Source: Octopus sinensis
Taxonomy: Eukaryota
Reading direction: 5' to 3'
NCBI RefSeq assembly: GCF_006345805.1
Contig: NC_042998.1
Coordinates: 70,680,001 to 70,744,000, forward strand
Length of the DNA: 64,000 nt
Shown here: one piece after another, positions 40,240-53,682 of the stretch
Layout: the number at the start of each line of letters is the position of its first letter
Position numbering within the stretch: the first letter of the stretch is position 1
Notes under the pieces: generated by a model
The model's input: only the letters and a program-made list of their open reading frames with translations
The model's database searches: none
What the model was told of the DNA's origin: nothing
Translations under genes and position numbers: made by a program

Positions 40240-40465
40240 AAGGCAAGGAGCTGGTAGAATCGTTAGCACGTCAGGCAAAATGCTTAGCAGCATTGCGTCT
40301 GGTTTTTTTACTTTCTGAGTTCAAATTCCGCCCGGGTCGACTTGGAGTTTCCTCCTTTCTTGTTCGATGAAATAAGTAGCAGTGGAGCGAGAATTGGGGG
40401 TCAATGTAATCGACTAACCCCCTTACCCGCAGTTGCTGGCTTTGTATCAAATTTTGAAATCAATA
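40240..40465 (+). mobile_element. Diverged SINE-A
   Basis: GAGCTGGTAGAATCGTTAGCACG...TTCTGAGTTCAAATTCCGCC... Confidence 0.8.
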
Positions 40466-40685
40466 TCTTTTATCTTTTACTTGCATCAGTAATTAGACTG
40501 TAGCCATGCTGGAGCACCACCTTGAAGAGCTTAAGTCTAATGAATCGACCTCAGTACATATTTATTGTATCAGAACCTTTTGTCGAAGCGTTAAGTTACG
40601 GGAACGTAAACCAACCAACACCAGTTATCAGGCGGTGGTTGAGGACGAACACAGATAGAAACGCACACACACACATACATACACA

Positions 40686-40716
<31 letters not shown>

Positions 40717-41188
40717 TACATACATACATACATACATACATACATACATACATACATACACACATGTATGGATACAACAAGCTTATTTCAGTTTCCATCA
40801 GCCAATTCAACTCACAAGGCTTTGTTCGGCAATAGTAGAATATATATATATATATATATAGCAATAATAATTCTCTAAACGAGATATAGACAGTAACTGC
40901 TCCATAACATAAGGGACATTAGCCATTTGAATGTGGCTAGGGACAGGGCAGGGCGGTGATCTCCCTTTGCAGGATAGAGGACACTGTGATGGTGTCAGCC
41001 TATCTGGTGACGTTGATGATCGCCTGGGGCTAAATGCATCAGTAGCACCCCCACCGCCCTGCCCTGTCCCTAGCCACATTCAAATAGCTAATGTCCCTTA
41101 TGTTATATATATATATATATATATTATATTATATATATATGGCCGACTCCCTAGCAGTAAGCCCTGCCAATACACACACACACATATA

Positions 41189-41262
<74 letters not shown>

Positions 41263-41422
41263 GGAGCTACTTTCAGTTTCCATCTACCAAATCCACTCAC
41301 AAGGCTTTGATCGGCCCGAGGCTATAGAAGAAGGCAATAGTAGAAAACACTTGCCCACGGTGCTACGCTGTGGGACTGATCCCGGAACTGTATGGTTAGG
41401 AAGCAAGCCTCTTACCTCACAG
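40466..41422 (-). mobile_element. SINE-B interrupted by a 492-bp composite insertion
   Basis: SINE-B 3' part at 40466-40840 and head resuming at 41333-41422. GGCAATAGTAGAA is duplicated at 40828-40840 and 41333-41345. Confidence 0.7.
40905..41105. mobile_element. Fold-back element/MITE with 54-bp inverted arms
   Basis: 40905-40958 and 41052-41105 are reverse complements with one mismatch. Ends are compatible with a TA TSD. Confidence 0.85.
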
Positions 41423-41844
41423 TTCTCACCCATCGACGTTCAGTCAATATGTGTGAAGCTTTGTTTCTCTGTCAGAAAGCAGCTCTTTTCTATAGCAAGT
41501 GTTCAAATAATTAAAAAAGAAAGTAGCATCCATCTGTACATCTACAATGCACATACACACGCGCGCGCGCACCCACACACGCGCGCGCGCACCCACACAC
41601 GCGCGCGCGCACCCACACATCTATACCTATATATGTAAGCTCGTACATATATACATATATTTATATAATAGCCTCACAAGTGAGTATTAATCACTTTCAT
41701 AATTCCACATATTACATCTTAATCATAGGTTCGTATGTATGTGCACGTATTCATGTGCGGCTGGAAATGCGTTTATGTGCAAGATCGGGTGTATGTGTGA
41801 GTGCGTACAAGTGTAAATGTGTGTGTATGAGCGAGAGTATGTGT

Positions 41845-41892
<48 letters not shown>

Positions 41893-42202
41893 TGTACGTA
41901 CGGACGCAGACTTTGAATTGCTGGCGTTAATATAAACTTGAGAGAGTAGTCTGACTTCAAAGAGTAAAGTAATGTGTGTTATATTGTATACAGTAGACAG
42001 AATATAAGGAATGTAGATCGTGTGTATTGTGTATTGTGTTAGACAGTAAATGGTCTGAGATTTTATGAGAGGACCATTAAACTGGCTGAGTATCGTTTGC
42101 GTTTCTCTCTAGTTTTTGATCATTGCTAATTGTACAGAAATATTAAACAGAATTGACCGGTGAGATAGAAAGCTACAACAGTGACATATGGACAGCTGTT
42201 CA

Positions 42203-42204
<2 letters not shown>

Positions 42205-42256
<52 letters not shown>

Positions 42257-42278
42257 CACCACCACCACCACCACCACC

Positions 42279-42362
<84 letters not shown>
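42205..42362. repeat. Compound trinucleotide array (CTA)n(CCA)n(CTA)n
   Basis: Seen directly. Confidence 0.95.
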
Positions 42363-42363
<1 letters not shown>

Positions 42364-42369
42364 GATAGA

Positions 42370-42930
42370 TTTTCTGAAAGCAATTGTTGTTATCGACATC
42401 AGCAAAGCTGACACGCAAACCTACCAGCAAAACTACTGGCCTTATAGGCTCGATCTGTCTCACATCTCTTGCTTCGATGGCTTTCCTATCAAATCTCACT
42501 TACCATTACAGCGTGTGCTAATGGAAATCTCTTTGACCAATACTCTACCGACTATCTAGTTCGCTTTCTCTGAATCACTCTTCTCCAAAACATCACTCCC
42601 AACTACACCAACGTTTATTAAACGATAAAAACTTTCCTTCCTCTTTAATATTTCTTACACAATTGACAACCACGTAAAACTTATACCCTCATGCCAAATC
42701 TGCACTCATTCATTGATAAGAGCTCGAAAACATCTTCCACTAAACTCATTCTAATTTCGTATCCTTAATAGGCTTAAACACTATTTATATTAAGACAAGA
42801 TTATTGCAGTCATCTCTAAAAGAAGACAATTAGAATCTTCAAAATCACTTCAAACGCTAGCTCACACTATCTCTAAGGATCTTTCTTGGTGAAACATTAG
42901 CTTGAACATTGATAAGGATGTCTCACAAAG
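42370..42930 (+). mobile_element. Highly decayed CR1/L2-like RT fragment
   Basis: AIVVIDISKAD resembles the RT motif DISKAFD. Downstream motifs are only weakly recognisable. Confidence 0.4.
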
Positions 42931-43154
42931 ACCGGTCAAGTTCAGAGTTGCAAAAAAAACAAAACAAAAGAAAAACACAGTGTTCCCCTATCAGTAACTA
43001 CTAACCCTCCACAAAGACCAGGCGAAATTGACAATAAAGCTCTTTCATGTTCGACGGCACTGCATAAATATAGACAACCAAATAAAAACCACCCAAGTTA
43101 TTGACACGAAATAATGAAGTTGAAGTGAAGTGTATAGTGCGTGTGTTTATGTAT

Positions 43155-43372
43155 TCTTTTACTTGTTTCAGACATTTGACTGCGGCCATCTGGAGCGCCG
43201 CTTTTAGTCGAACAAATCGACACCAGGATTTATTCTTTGTAAGCCTAGTACTTATTCTATCGGACCCTATTGGCGAACCGCTAAGTTACGGGGACGTAAG
43301 CACAGTAACATCGATTGTCAAGCGATGGAGGGGTGACAAACGCAGACACAAATGCACACATACGCACACACT
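43155..43372 (-). mobile_element. SINE-B 3' half
   Basis: TCTTTTACTTGTTTCAGACATTTGACTGCGGCC...GAACCGCTAAGTTACGGGGACGTAA. Confidence 0.88.
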
Positions 43373-43837
43373 TACATGCATGTATTATTTTAGTACTTAC
43401 TTCATCTCAGTATGGTTCAAATATCCTGGTTCCCCCTTTATATAGAAATAACCCGTAAATATTTCCCTAGGCCATTGATAGTTCACTCTTTTGCCTATCG
43501 ACTTCAATTTCCATGCTGCAAGATGGTATGATTTTAATATATTGAGCCTTCTGTCCTCTTCCCGATGCCCTGTTGTTCCCTATTCCCTCTTCTCTTCGTT
43601 TATTTCATTTTAAGCTTTTGTAGTCACACTGATGAAACTCCATGCACTAGATCGAATCTGCTATGAAGATGATGAATGTTATTTTCGAAATTTATTTCGT
43701 AAGCACCGACTAACACTGTTTGCAGAAACGGCCGTAAGAAATGTTATGTCACGTTTTTATATTAAAAAATAATCAGCCGATGTGGTTCAATTTGTTTGAT
43801 TATTGATCAAAAGTATTCTATATTTTCTGATTTTTAA

Positions 43838-43872
<35 letters not shown>

Positions 43873-43881
43873 TATATATTG

Positions 43882-44123
43882 TTTACTCTTTTATTTGTTT
43901 CAGTCATGTGACTGTGGCCATGCTGGAGCACCGCCTTTGGTCAAGCAAATCGACCCCAGGACTTAATCTTTATAAGTCTAGTACTTATTCTATCGGTCTC
44001 TGTTGCCAAACCGCTAAGATACGGGGGCGTAAACACACTTGCCCAAGGAGCCACACAGTAGAACTGAACCCGAAACCATGTGGTCGGAAAGCAAGCTTCT
44101 AACCATACACCCACTCCTGCACC
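43882..44123 (-). mobile_element. SINE-B with internal deletion
   Basis: The 3' part joins the head at GTAAACACACTTGCCCAAGG. Confidence 0.85.
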
Positions 44124-44526
44124 ATTTGGCAAAAAAAAAATCGTCATCCCGAAATAACAATATCTGTTTCAACAGACCATTTCACATCAAGACTCTTGCG
44201 AAACAAATATTTAAACAGAGAACAATTTGGTTTTATTCTTGTATGTTACTGTTATTTATACGATCGACTCTGGACAGAAGCAATGCGAAATTAATCTAAA
44301 CAGAATTTGAAGTTAAAAACCATAGATCATCGAGATCGTCGTTCTACTCTTCCTGCTGACTGACATACATATCAACAATAGAACATTCCGAAAAGAGATG
44401 AAAGAAATGAGTTAGCTAAAATAACATCCATGAAAATATCAACATAAACATATATAAAAAGAAAGGACCACACAGAAAACATTTGTGTTTGTTCGACATA
44501 CAGTGGTTTAAAATAATCAAACTCAG

Positions 44527-45050
<524 letters not shown>

Positions 45051-45380
45051 CGATAGATCTACGTGTATAGGTGTATGAGTATATACATGCAGTCCCAGTT
45101 AAATTTCTCGTCGCACAGTTACGTCTGAACGTTAATTTTCACAAAACTTTTAAGATCATCCTTCTGTTTTAATCAGTTATCTTTATCTTTCCAAGAGACA
45201 TTCTCCTGAACATCTGCCAAATTCTTTAGCGCTAATTTTGAACCGTGAGTGTATATTTGTCAGCCAGCCAGAAACTCGTATTGAAGTGAGGATAAATACA
45301 CTTATATAAACATAAACGTCACTTGTACTCAAGTACACACAGATGGATATACACACACACACATATACATACATACATAG

Positions 45381-45914
45381 TGGCCAGACGTTAGGAGTAA
45401 TGCGGTCGCAGAAACTGTCCGACTGTCATGATTGGGTTCTCCTACTTGTGTGACATAATGCAGAGACCTGTTGCCAGATATAGCGTCCTCCGGCAGCTAC
45501 CCTCTTGATCCAGAGAAACGCTACCTCTTTCAGGCACTGATGTAGACCTCTGTGTTAAGTCTAAGGCCGTGTGGGAAAATGAACGGAGGCATAACGTCGC
45601 AATCACTAGTGATCACTCTACACACCATGATGCTGACTGGATGTTTGATTTTTATCACTCTCGGTACATGTTTTGGGGACACGGCAAACACTCAGAAATG
45701 TTCATATTGGAGCTTCCGGCCCGAATGCCAAGCAGTAAAGCATGTCACTTCCAAATTTCTGGCAGAGTGAACTGGGTCATCATGCTATTTTTCTCATAGA
45801 CGGTGCTCAACTGATTCTACTATATTGTGTAGTCGACAAAATAAAAAACAAACAATGCGCATGCGCAAAATTAAAAAGTATAAAATTGTGACAATTTAGC
45901 GATCGCACCCTGTA
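45381..45914 (-). mobile_element. Tc1/mariner remnant of maT/DD37D-like type
   Basis: Minus strand gives IKHPVSIMVCRVITSDCDVMPPFIFPHGLRLNTEVY...WIKRVAAGGRYIWQQVSALCHTSRRTQS...TPNVWP. Terminus TA|CAGGGTGCGATCGC at about 45900-45915. Truncated before the third catalytic residue, so the spacing cannot be counted. Confidence 0.75.
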
Positions 45915-47479
45915 TATGTATATTCATGTATATATCTGTACATACGTACATACCCTTATCTTTGTTCTCAAGGAGATTCAACGTGACACAAAATGCAACG
46001 GAATGGCTCTTTGAAATACAGGTACTATCACTTTTTCCAACTGTGGGGTTCTCAAAGACTAGCATCATTAATTTTGCGAGCAGGCTGTTCCATTGATCGG
46101 GTCAACTAGAATCCTTGTCGTTTTAACAGACAATATGCCAGATTTTTTTTTATTTATGCATACATGCATACACAGATACATACATACATATGAGTATATG
46201 ATTTTGCATTGAATATAATTTAACTTCGTGATAGAGTTCAAGCTGGTTGCAAACAAAGCGACAGGACCATTTGAGTTAAGAGAGTTCCCGGTGTTTGTAA
46301 ATATGTATGTACGTATGTATATGTGTATGAGTGTGTGTGTGTGTGTGGTGTGTGTGTGTGTGTGCGTGCGTGCATGTGTGAGCGTTTGCTCATATGTGCG
46401 GGATACAGCGTACATACCGGTATAATTTGGACACATACATTACAGCCCTGGCGATGACCTAGAGATGACCTAACTCAAGTGAAAAGCACACACAAAAACT
46501 ATTTCATGCTGTATTCTTCAGGAATTTTCTCATTCAACAATATCTCATTTGCTCACATTTCTAAAGATTTTTTAAAAATACAATATTCCTTAGAATTCTG
46601 TATCCGAATTTTAATAAAAAAACTTTTGTGTGGATCTCTTTATTCAGTAGCGCTGTTCTATGGATTATTTAAAAAAAATTTTATTAGATTATTTTCTATA
46701 GATTTTCATTCTTGTTTACGCATTATTATTATACCCCCTATATAATATCACTAATTATCACCATGCTGGTTTGTGTGACTCGATCTGATTTAATCGATCT
46801 CTATATAAGAAAGATTCAATGACGCCAAGTTCATTCACATGAAAATCAGTTACAAGAAGCGCCGAATAACGACTTGCACATAGCTTTGAATATGTTAATC
46901 CACCCGATCAAAATTATTGAGTACTTACTTCCATTAAATTTGTATTGTAGTCTGGTTTGTCGGATTTTTGATACTATGTTCCACATGTTAGGACCACATG
47001 TTAAAATGTTTTTCATACTTATGGCCTTCTGGTAAACGCTTATCTATTAGTCTTATTAAAATTCTACTTCAGTGAAATATATCGCAGGTTTTAATCCAGC
47101 TAGAATTGATGAAAGACGTAGCAGTCAAAGATTGCTGTCGAACCAATACATTTCCCTTCTTTAGCTTTTAAATTTATTCTGGTACGTACAAAATACAGCA
47201 AGTATGCCTCAGGACGTATTGAATAAAATTTCATATCTTTCTTGCACACATCCACACACACGCACACACACATAAACACACACTTATACACATACAAACA
47301 CATGCACATCCACATATCACTTAAAAACTTTCTTTCAGCAATCAAATTTAATTTCTGACGTTGCCACAATGTCGCTGGAGTATAATGGGCATTTTATCTA
47401 TGTCGTTATGATTCTTTATTCGAACTATATTTCATTGCTTCATAAAAATTAAATAAAACAGATTTTAATATCTAAATAG

Positions 47480-48190
47480 AGATGGTAAAATATTTATTCA
47501 GTTTTTATATGCAATAGATTCTCCACTTTCGCAAGCAGCTGCTGATTCCATGATGCAACTACTGAAATATATATTTTTTACACTTAGCTTTAAAGATATT
47601 TTGACATTTTCTGTTGAAATTCATTCCAATTAATTCATTTCTATGTACATTCATAAATAAAATTATTTTCTCACAAAAGTATGTTCAAGAATATTGCAGG
47701 TTTTATTTATTAAGTTTCCTTTATTACTCTATTCCTTTTAACACTGGATTTTCTCTTTACAAACAAATGAAATATGCTGGTTGATTTTGACTATACGTTT
47801 CTTTCTGTATATTGAATAATTCTTTGCTAATGTCAGTCTTTTCCAAAAATTAATTATAATAAATTTCTAATTAAATTTCTCGCAAATTTAATCAGAATAT
47901 TTCCATTGTATTCTGGGGCAAAATTTTATTTCTTTTGATCTTATCCGCCAATATAAAACACCCTAACTGTTCAACGTTCAACTACACAATGTTTGCCATA
48001 TTTTACGGAACATGAAATATGGCGCAGACAGTTTATTCTTTCTTTTTTGTTTAATATTTGAGAGATTTAATGAAGCTAAAGGTTTTCGAATCAATTTTAT
48101 GCTTTCTGGATAATTAATTATTGTAGTGACAAGTGCTATACGGAGGTGGTACACTAAGTAGCAAGCCGCGTATGATATCATATTTCAAGT
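47480..48190 (-). mobile_element. Possible very decayed P-element/THAP9-like transposase remnant
   Basis: Weak peptide echoes only (ISYAACYLVYHL; CLRKWRIYCI.KLN). Not verifiable by eye. Confidence 0.2.
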
Positions 48191-49057
48191 ACTGGTCGTA
48201 ACTAATTCATTTGAATTACGTTGGTAACATAGTTAAGAAAGACATGAAGAATTTCTCGTTATCTTGAAACTCAAGCTTTGCATTTCTGAGATATCAATGT
48301 TACAAGAAAGAGTGGGTACAAAAGAATATATTCATAGGGATGCTAGAGACTCAGCCAAAGGATTTATGCTAATTGGTTAACTTTTAACTTTCATTAACCC
48401 GGATCAGTAAAAAGAAAAGGAATAATTCGGTTTCCAATTAATCCTTTATAAAAGCTTCTCTTACCAAATACACCATACTTTTATATAATAAAACAATGTT
48501 GATGTGTGAAAGTCTTCAGGAATGACAGTACAAGTCCTGTATTCACGATAAACTATTCTGAAAGCACTACAAATCTGACATAAAACGCACATTAGAGTCC
48601 GTATAATATGTCATGGTGTTGTTTCTACATAAAATAACAACAAAAGCCATCAAAATAAAGCCATTATACACCCACGAATAGTCTACAATGTTGTACTCTT
48701 TCTTCATTCATCTACCACCACCAAATCCTACCCTCCCACCAGATAATCAGCTGTTTAAAAATCACTTCTTTACAGCCTTCTAGGAGCTCGGTAGCGTTCA
48801 GTCACAAAGAACTGGACATTATGAAATGCGTCCATCGTAGGTGCAGCAGCTATCGCTACACTAATCACACTACAATTATCACTGGATGTAAATCAGAATA
48901 GGACATCATACAAATTTACTTATGCAAATTTACCAACACAGACTGCTTTTGCAAACGCATTTCTTAGTATTGTATTACGTATGCCAGAACAAGTCACCAA
49001 TCGCCTTTAGTATAGTGGATCACACTTTTACATACTTATTGTCCGGAGTTTCTTTTC

Positions 49058-49250
49058 TACTCTAGGCACAAGGCTCGAAATTTTGGGGGAGGAGGGCCAG
49101 TCGATTAGATCGACCCCAGTACGCAACTGGTACTTAATTTATCGACCCCGTAAGGACGAAAGGCAAAGTCGACCACGGCGGAATTTGAACCCAGAACGTA
49201 AAGACAGATGAAATACCACTAAGTATTTCGCCCGGTGTGCTAACGTTTCT
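49058..49250 (-). mobile_element. SINE-A, 5'-truncated
   Basis: Reverse complement of core and alternative tail. Confidence 0.88.
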
Positions 49251-50789
49251 CTACTTGAGGAGGCGTAACAAACAACTTATGATACTAAAGCTTGGGATTA
49301 TGGCACCGATGAGCTTAAATAAGCATTTACTACTCTTAAGAGATCTTCTTAATGCATTTAAAAAAAATTTAGCTCTTTCTGGCTCTAATTTTCTCTAAGC
49401 CTCACTTTCATCCAGTTTCTCCGCCTCCATGTTTTCCCTTTAATTTCTTCTCTCCCACTAAGTTTCTCTTTTCTGCTGTTTTTTCTTTAGCATACACACT
49501 TGCGTTATTTTAGTTAGTAGCAGTCATCCTAACATAAAGGGTCTAAAATAATTCACACACACACACGCACACAAACATACACACAAACACACACACACAC
49601 ACATATACAAACGTACGCACACAAGCACACATATTTATGTATGTGTGTGTGTGTGTAAGGAAAAGTTAACCACAGAGAACCATTCAAACAACCTGGTGAC
49701 TGAAGTTCAGAGCGATTTTGCTACGTTTTATAGCAAAATGACTTCTATTTCCCAGGAAATTTAAAGACAATAGACATATACAAACTCACACACGCGCACA
49801 AACATACATACAAACACACGCACGTGTGTACACACACAAACGCACAGATGCGTATATTCATGCATGCATATTCCAATGCGTGCATCTGATGAGTAACTGA
49901 TCACCACTGTGGAAGGACTCACACTTCTATTAATATGTACTTGAACATATCTTCAGAGTTTGGGTCAATCTACTCATCTGGCTACTCTAGCTGCGAGTGA
50001 GATATATTTTTCTTGTCTGTTATATTTTTATTCATTTCGTTATTTCGAATTGTCTCCTTTACATTTGTAATACGAGAATTTATGACGAAATTTCCATAGT
50101 AATGAAAGAAACTGTTATTTTTGCATATAGTTTATATATTGTGTATATTGTGAAGTTTAAAATTCTTATCGGTGGATTTTATTAAGATGAAATATTATCA
50201 CTCATATATATTGATTCTCCTCAATATTATTTCTGACATGAGGTACAGAGCGTTAAAACAATTCTGATATAAGTTTGATTTTAATACTGAATCATTATTG
50301 AAGATGGTCCCCTCCTAAATTAAAACTTGTGTTGAATATGGCTCTGTATGAAGAACATGTCGCCAAAATTGACAGTTACTTTTTCTATTAAAGTACACCT
50401 ACAGAATAGAATTATGGCATTGAAGTGTAAGGAGAATAAATATAAAACTATGATTTGAACAATATTGTAGAACTCTACATTGGAATTATAAGGCAAAACT
50501 ATAAAGTAGAACTACACTATAGAACAACATAATAATTTAATAGAGTAGGTGTGTGAAGTAGATATACAGAGTAAAACAATAGAGTAAAATTATAAGGTAG
50601 GTATAACTATAGAATATGACTATAGGTAAAAATTATTAAACAGAACTATAGAGTGAATTTATATTGTAAAACTAAAGACTGGAGCTATATACACAATTTC
50701 AGAACTATATATGTATGATCTGAAGTTATTTTTAAACCTGAAACAGTTTACTACAAAATAGTGAATAAATATCAAAGTGTTACGTGAAT

Positions 50790-51979
50790 TCAACTGCTTT
50801 GAGGGTGTTAATCTGACTTCTGAATTTGTTCATGAAAATTCTAGCAAAATTACCGTAAGAGCAACGTACAAATTAGAGATCCGATGAAACAATTTAAGTG
50901 GAGAAAAGTAGCAGGTGATGGTAAACTATTCAAGGAGTTTACAGTTTCTGAACACAATGGGTTCATCAAACTTTGTGATAAAATTGAGATTACAAGAATT
51001 GCAGGGATGCACATGCCACTCGGCAAATATATAACACTGAGAAGAGAAACTAATCTTCGCTTCCAATGAAAAGGTAACCAGGCTCAGAAGGGATTTGAAG
51101 AAGGCGGTCAGAAACACCAGTCTCAGTTCACCAGGAATACTGAAATGAAGCTTGATTCGGCTAAAGTTGCTCTTGAGGAAGAGTACAGGGCGGCACTAGA
51201 AACATATTAAATCCATAATTGAAGAAATCGAAGACTTCCTCTATGAGAACAATCATGCTGCTACCTGGGCAGTTATAAGAAAACTTACCAAGAAGAAAAT
51301 TTCTTCAATGAGAAAAGTACTGGCAGACATCTAGATGCCTAGTTTCTGTACTTTAGATTTGTACTTGATAATATCAAACTGGGTAACGATCCTACTCTTC
51401 GGCTATAAAATAGCCGATAGATTGCGAGGTAAAACCGGCCCATTTACCATAAAACAGTTTAAAATCTGTCCTAAAAATGATAATGAAACAACAAGACATC
51501 AGATCTAGATAGAATTATTGCCATCATTTAGGGAAGTACACTCTTCCACAAACATCTTTTGGACTTCTGTAATAAAACCTATTGTGGAAACAAACCAACA
51601 GCTTTCTCGAAGTCTTCAGTTATTCCACTTAAAAAAAAAACTTCACCTACTTCAGAATTATCGAGGGATTACATGTTCTTCCCTATCCACAAAACTTCAC
51701 AACTCTGTGCTCCTTAATACAATTTTCTTTCACATTCATCACTTATAAGATAGAACCATAACGGCTTCCGCAAAGATATATGACACTATTACTGATCCTT
51801 GACCTTTAAAGAATTATTGAAGAAGTCATTAATCATATTTGTAGATAATGCTTATGGATTCATTTCATAGTGTCCAGAGAAAAGCTATGTAAGATAACCT
51901 GTTTAGCTATAGTATTCTAGATGTAAGAAAATTTATGAAGATTTGCGCTTAGCGCAGACGGTCCATTTAACGAGTTTTC

Positions 51980-52028
<49 letters not shown>

Positions 52029-52670
52029 GCAGGAGTCGACTTGTTTCTCAATGCAAAAAGGGCTGCATTCATGATCATCAATGAAGATGAAAGGACTGCA
52101 TTCATGAGCATCAATGAAGATGAAAGCTATTATATTTTTCCTACGATGGGTCAACTTCAAATATCATATCTTGGGCCCTACGTTGCTGACAATAAGAAAA
52201 ATTCCTTTATACGGGAGTGAATAGACGAGAGTGCCTTTCAACAAGCCTGAGGACAGCTGGCAGCTGCCAAGTATTACAAAGTCAACTAAAGTTTCTTTAG
52301 GGCTATTGTAGAAAGCCTTTTTTTCTCCGTGGAACCGAAACCTGGACTATGAAGAAAACGCTTCACGATCACCCTGATTATGCTTACACCAGACTTTGAA
52401 GAAGGCTCAAAACATCTCATGGCGTAGGCAGAAGATCAAGGAGGATATTCCACTTATTTCTACAGTTATTGCTCAACGCAGATTAGGCTTTGCTGACCAT
52501 TGCTTTAGTGCTGGACTAAGGGCCATATGTTGGAAACTTTCGCACTCTTATAAAAGGCACATATAATTCTATTACAATGATGTTATTGGTGGAAATACAT
52601 AATACGACACACATCTGCCAAAGTTAATGGTGGTTGGTGTGAGACGCATATCAAGTTTGGTCGCTTAAGC
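50790..52670 (+). mobile_element. Decayed RTE/RTEX-like LINE with internal deletion
   Basis: LQNYRGITCSSLSTKLHNSVLLN (early RT motif) at about 51650-51720 and RAIVESL...TETWTMKK...AYTRL.RRAQNISWR...STVIAQRRLGFADHC at about 52295-52500. (CAA)n and a 33-bp tandem duplication lie between them. Confidence 0.7.
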
Positions 52671-52699
52671 AATAACAACAACAACAGCAGCAGCAGCAG

Positions 52700-52730
<31 letters not shown>

Positions 52731-53469
52731 AATAATAATGAGAAGAAGAAGAAGAAGAAGAGAAGGAAAAGGAGGGGAAAGAGAAGAAAAGGAGGAGGAG
52801 GAGAAGAAAAAGGGAAGAGGAGGAGTTAAGAAGTAGCAGAAGAAGACAGCATTGTAGAATAGAGTGGAACAATTGAGAAGATACATTGAATGGAGCTATA
52901 TAGAAAATATAAGCTAAAACGCAGAACAATAATAAACATAGAACTATAGAATAGAATTATAGAGCGCTACTATATATTAATTATACTATATAGTAATTAT
53001 ACTATAAAGTAAACTTATTGGACAAAAGTATAGGAAACATCCAAGAAAATAGAACTACAAGTAATGATTTATAAAGTAGATCTACAGAGTAGAAATATAG
53101 AACAGAACCGTAGTATGGAGTAGTATTATAGAAAAGAACTATAGAGTAGTGCAATATCGTAGAACTAGGGAGTAAATCAGTAGAATAGAGCGATAGAGTA
53201 GGATTGTAGGATAGGTAGAAATATAGTATATGAGTATATGGTAGTAATATAGATTCCAAGGATGAATAACTGTGTAGATATGTGGAGTATAACTATATGC
53301 TAAAACTATGTGGTTGAAGTGTAAATTCAAAGTATAGCGAGGGACTAAAAGACACCCTTTGGTCATAAATGATCGTGGGATTGCGCCTAAAAAATTACCC
53401 TCCGAAGAACAAGATCGGGCAAAGCTGTTTATAGAAGACCAGCAGACGCTCACGTATAGCAGCCTCCCC

Positions 53470-53682
53470 TCTTTATCCCACCAATGTTATCCAAGGGAAA
53501 AGCAAAAGTCAGTACAGCTTGGCACCAGTAACGTTGCAGCTCATTTCAACAACTGAGTAAACTGGAGCAACGTGAAATAAAGTATCTCACTCGTGAGCAC
53601 AACACACAACCTGGTCCTGGAATCGAACTCACTACCTCATGATTGCGGGTCCGAGGCTCTAACTACTGATCCATGCGCCTTA
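53470..53682 (-). mobile_element. Diverged tRNA-headed SINE related to SINE-C
   Basis: CTGAGTAAACTGGAGCAACGTGAAAT...GGAATCGAACTC...CCATGCGCCT. Confidence 0.7.

Noticed and set aside
41555-41620. Three copies of a (CA)(CG)n-rich ~20-bp unit with Z-DNA potential
   Set aside because: It is a simple slippage product in a microsatellite-saturated genome, with no evidence of function.
43629-43660. Isolated CTGATGA motifs (also at about 58 and 49886)
   Set aside because: No paired stem II followed by GAAA, so they are consistent with chance occurrences.
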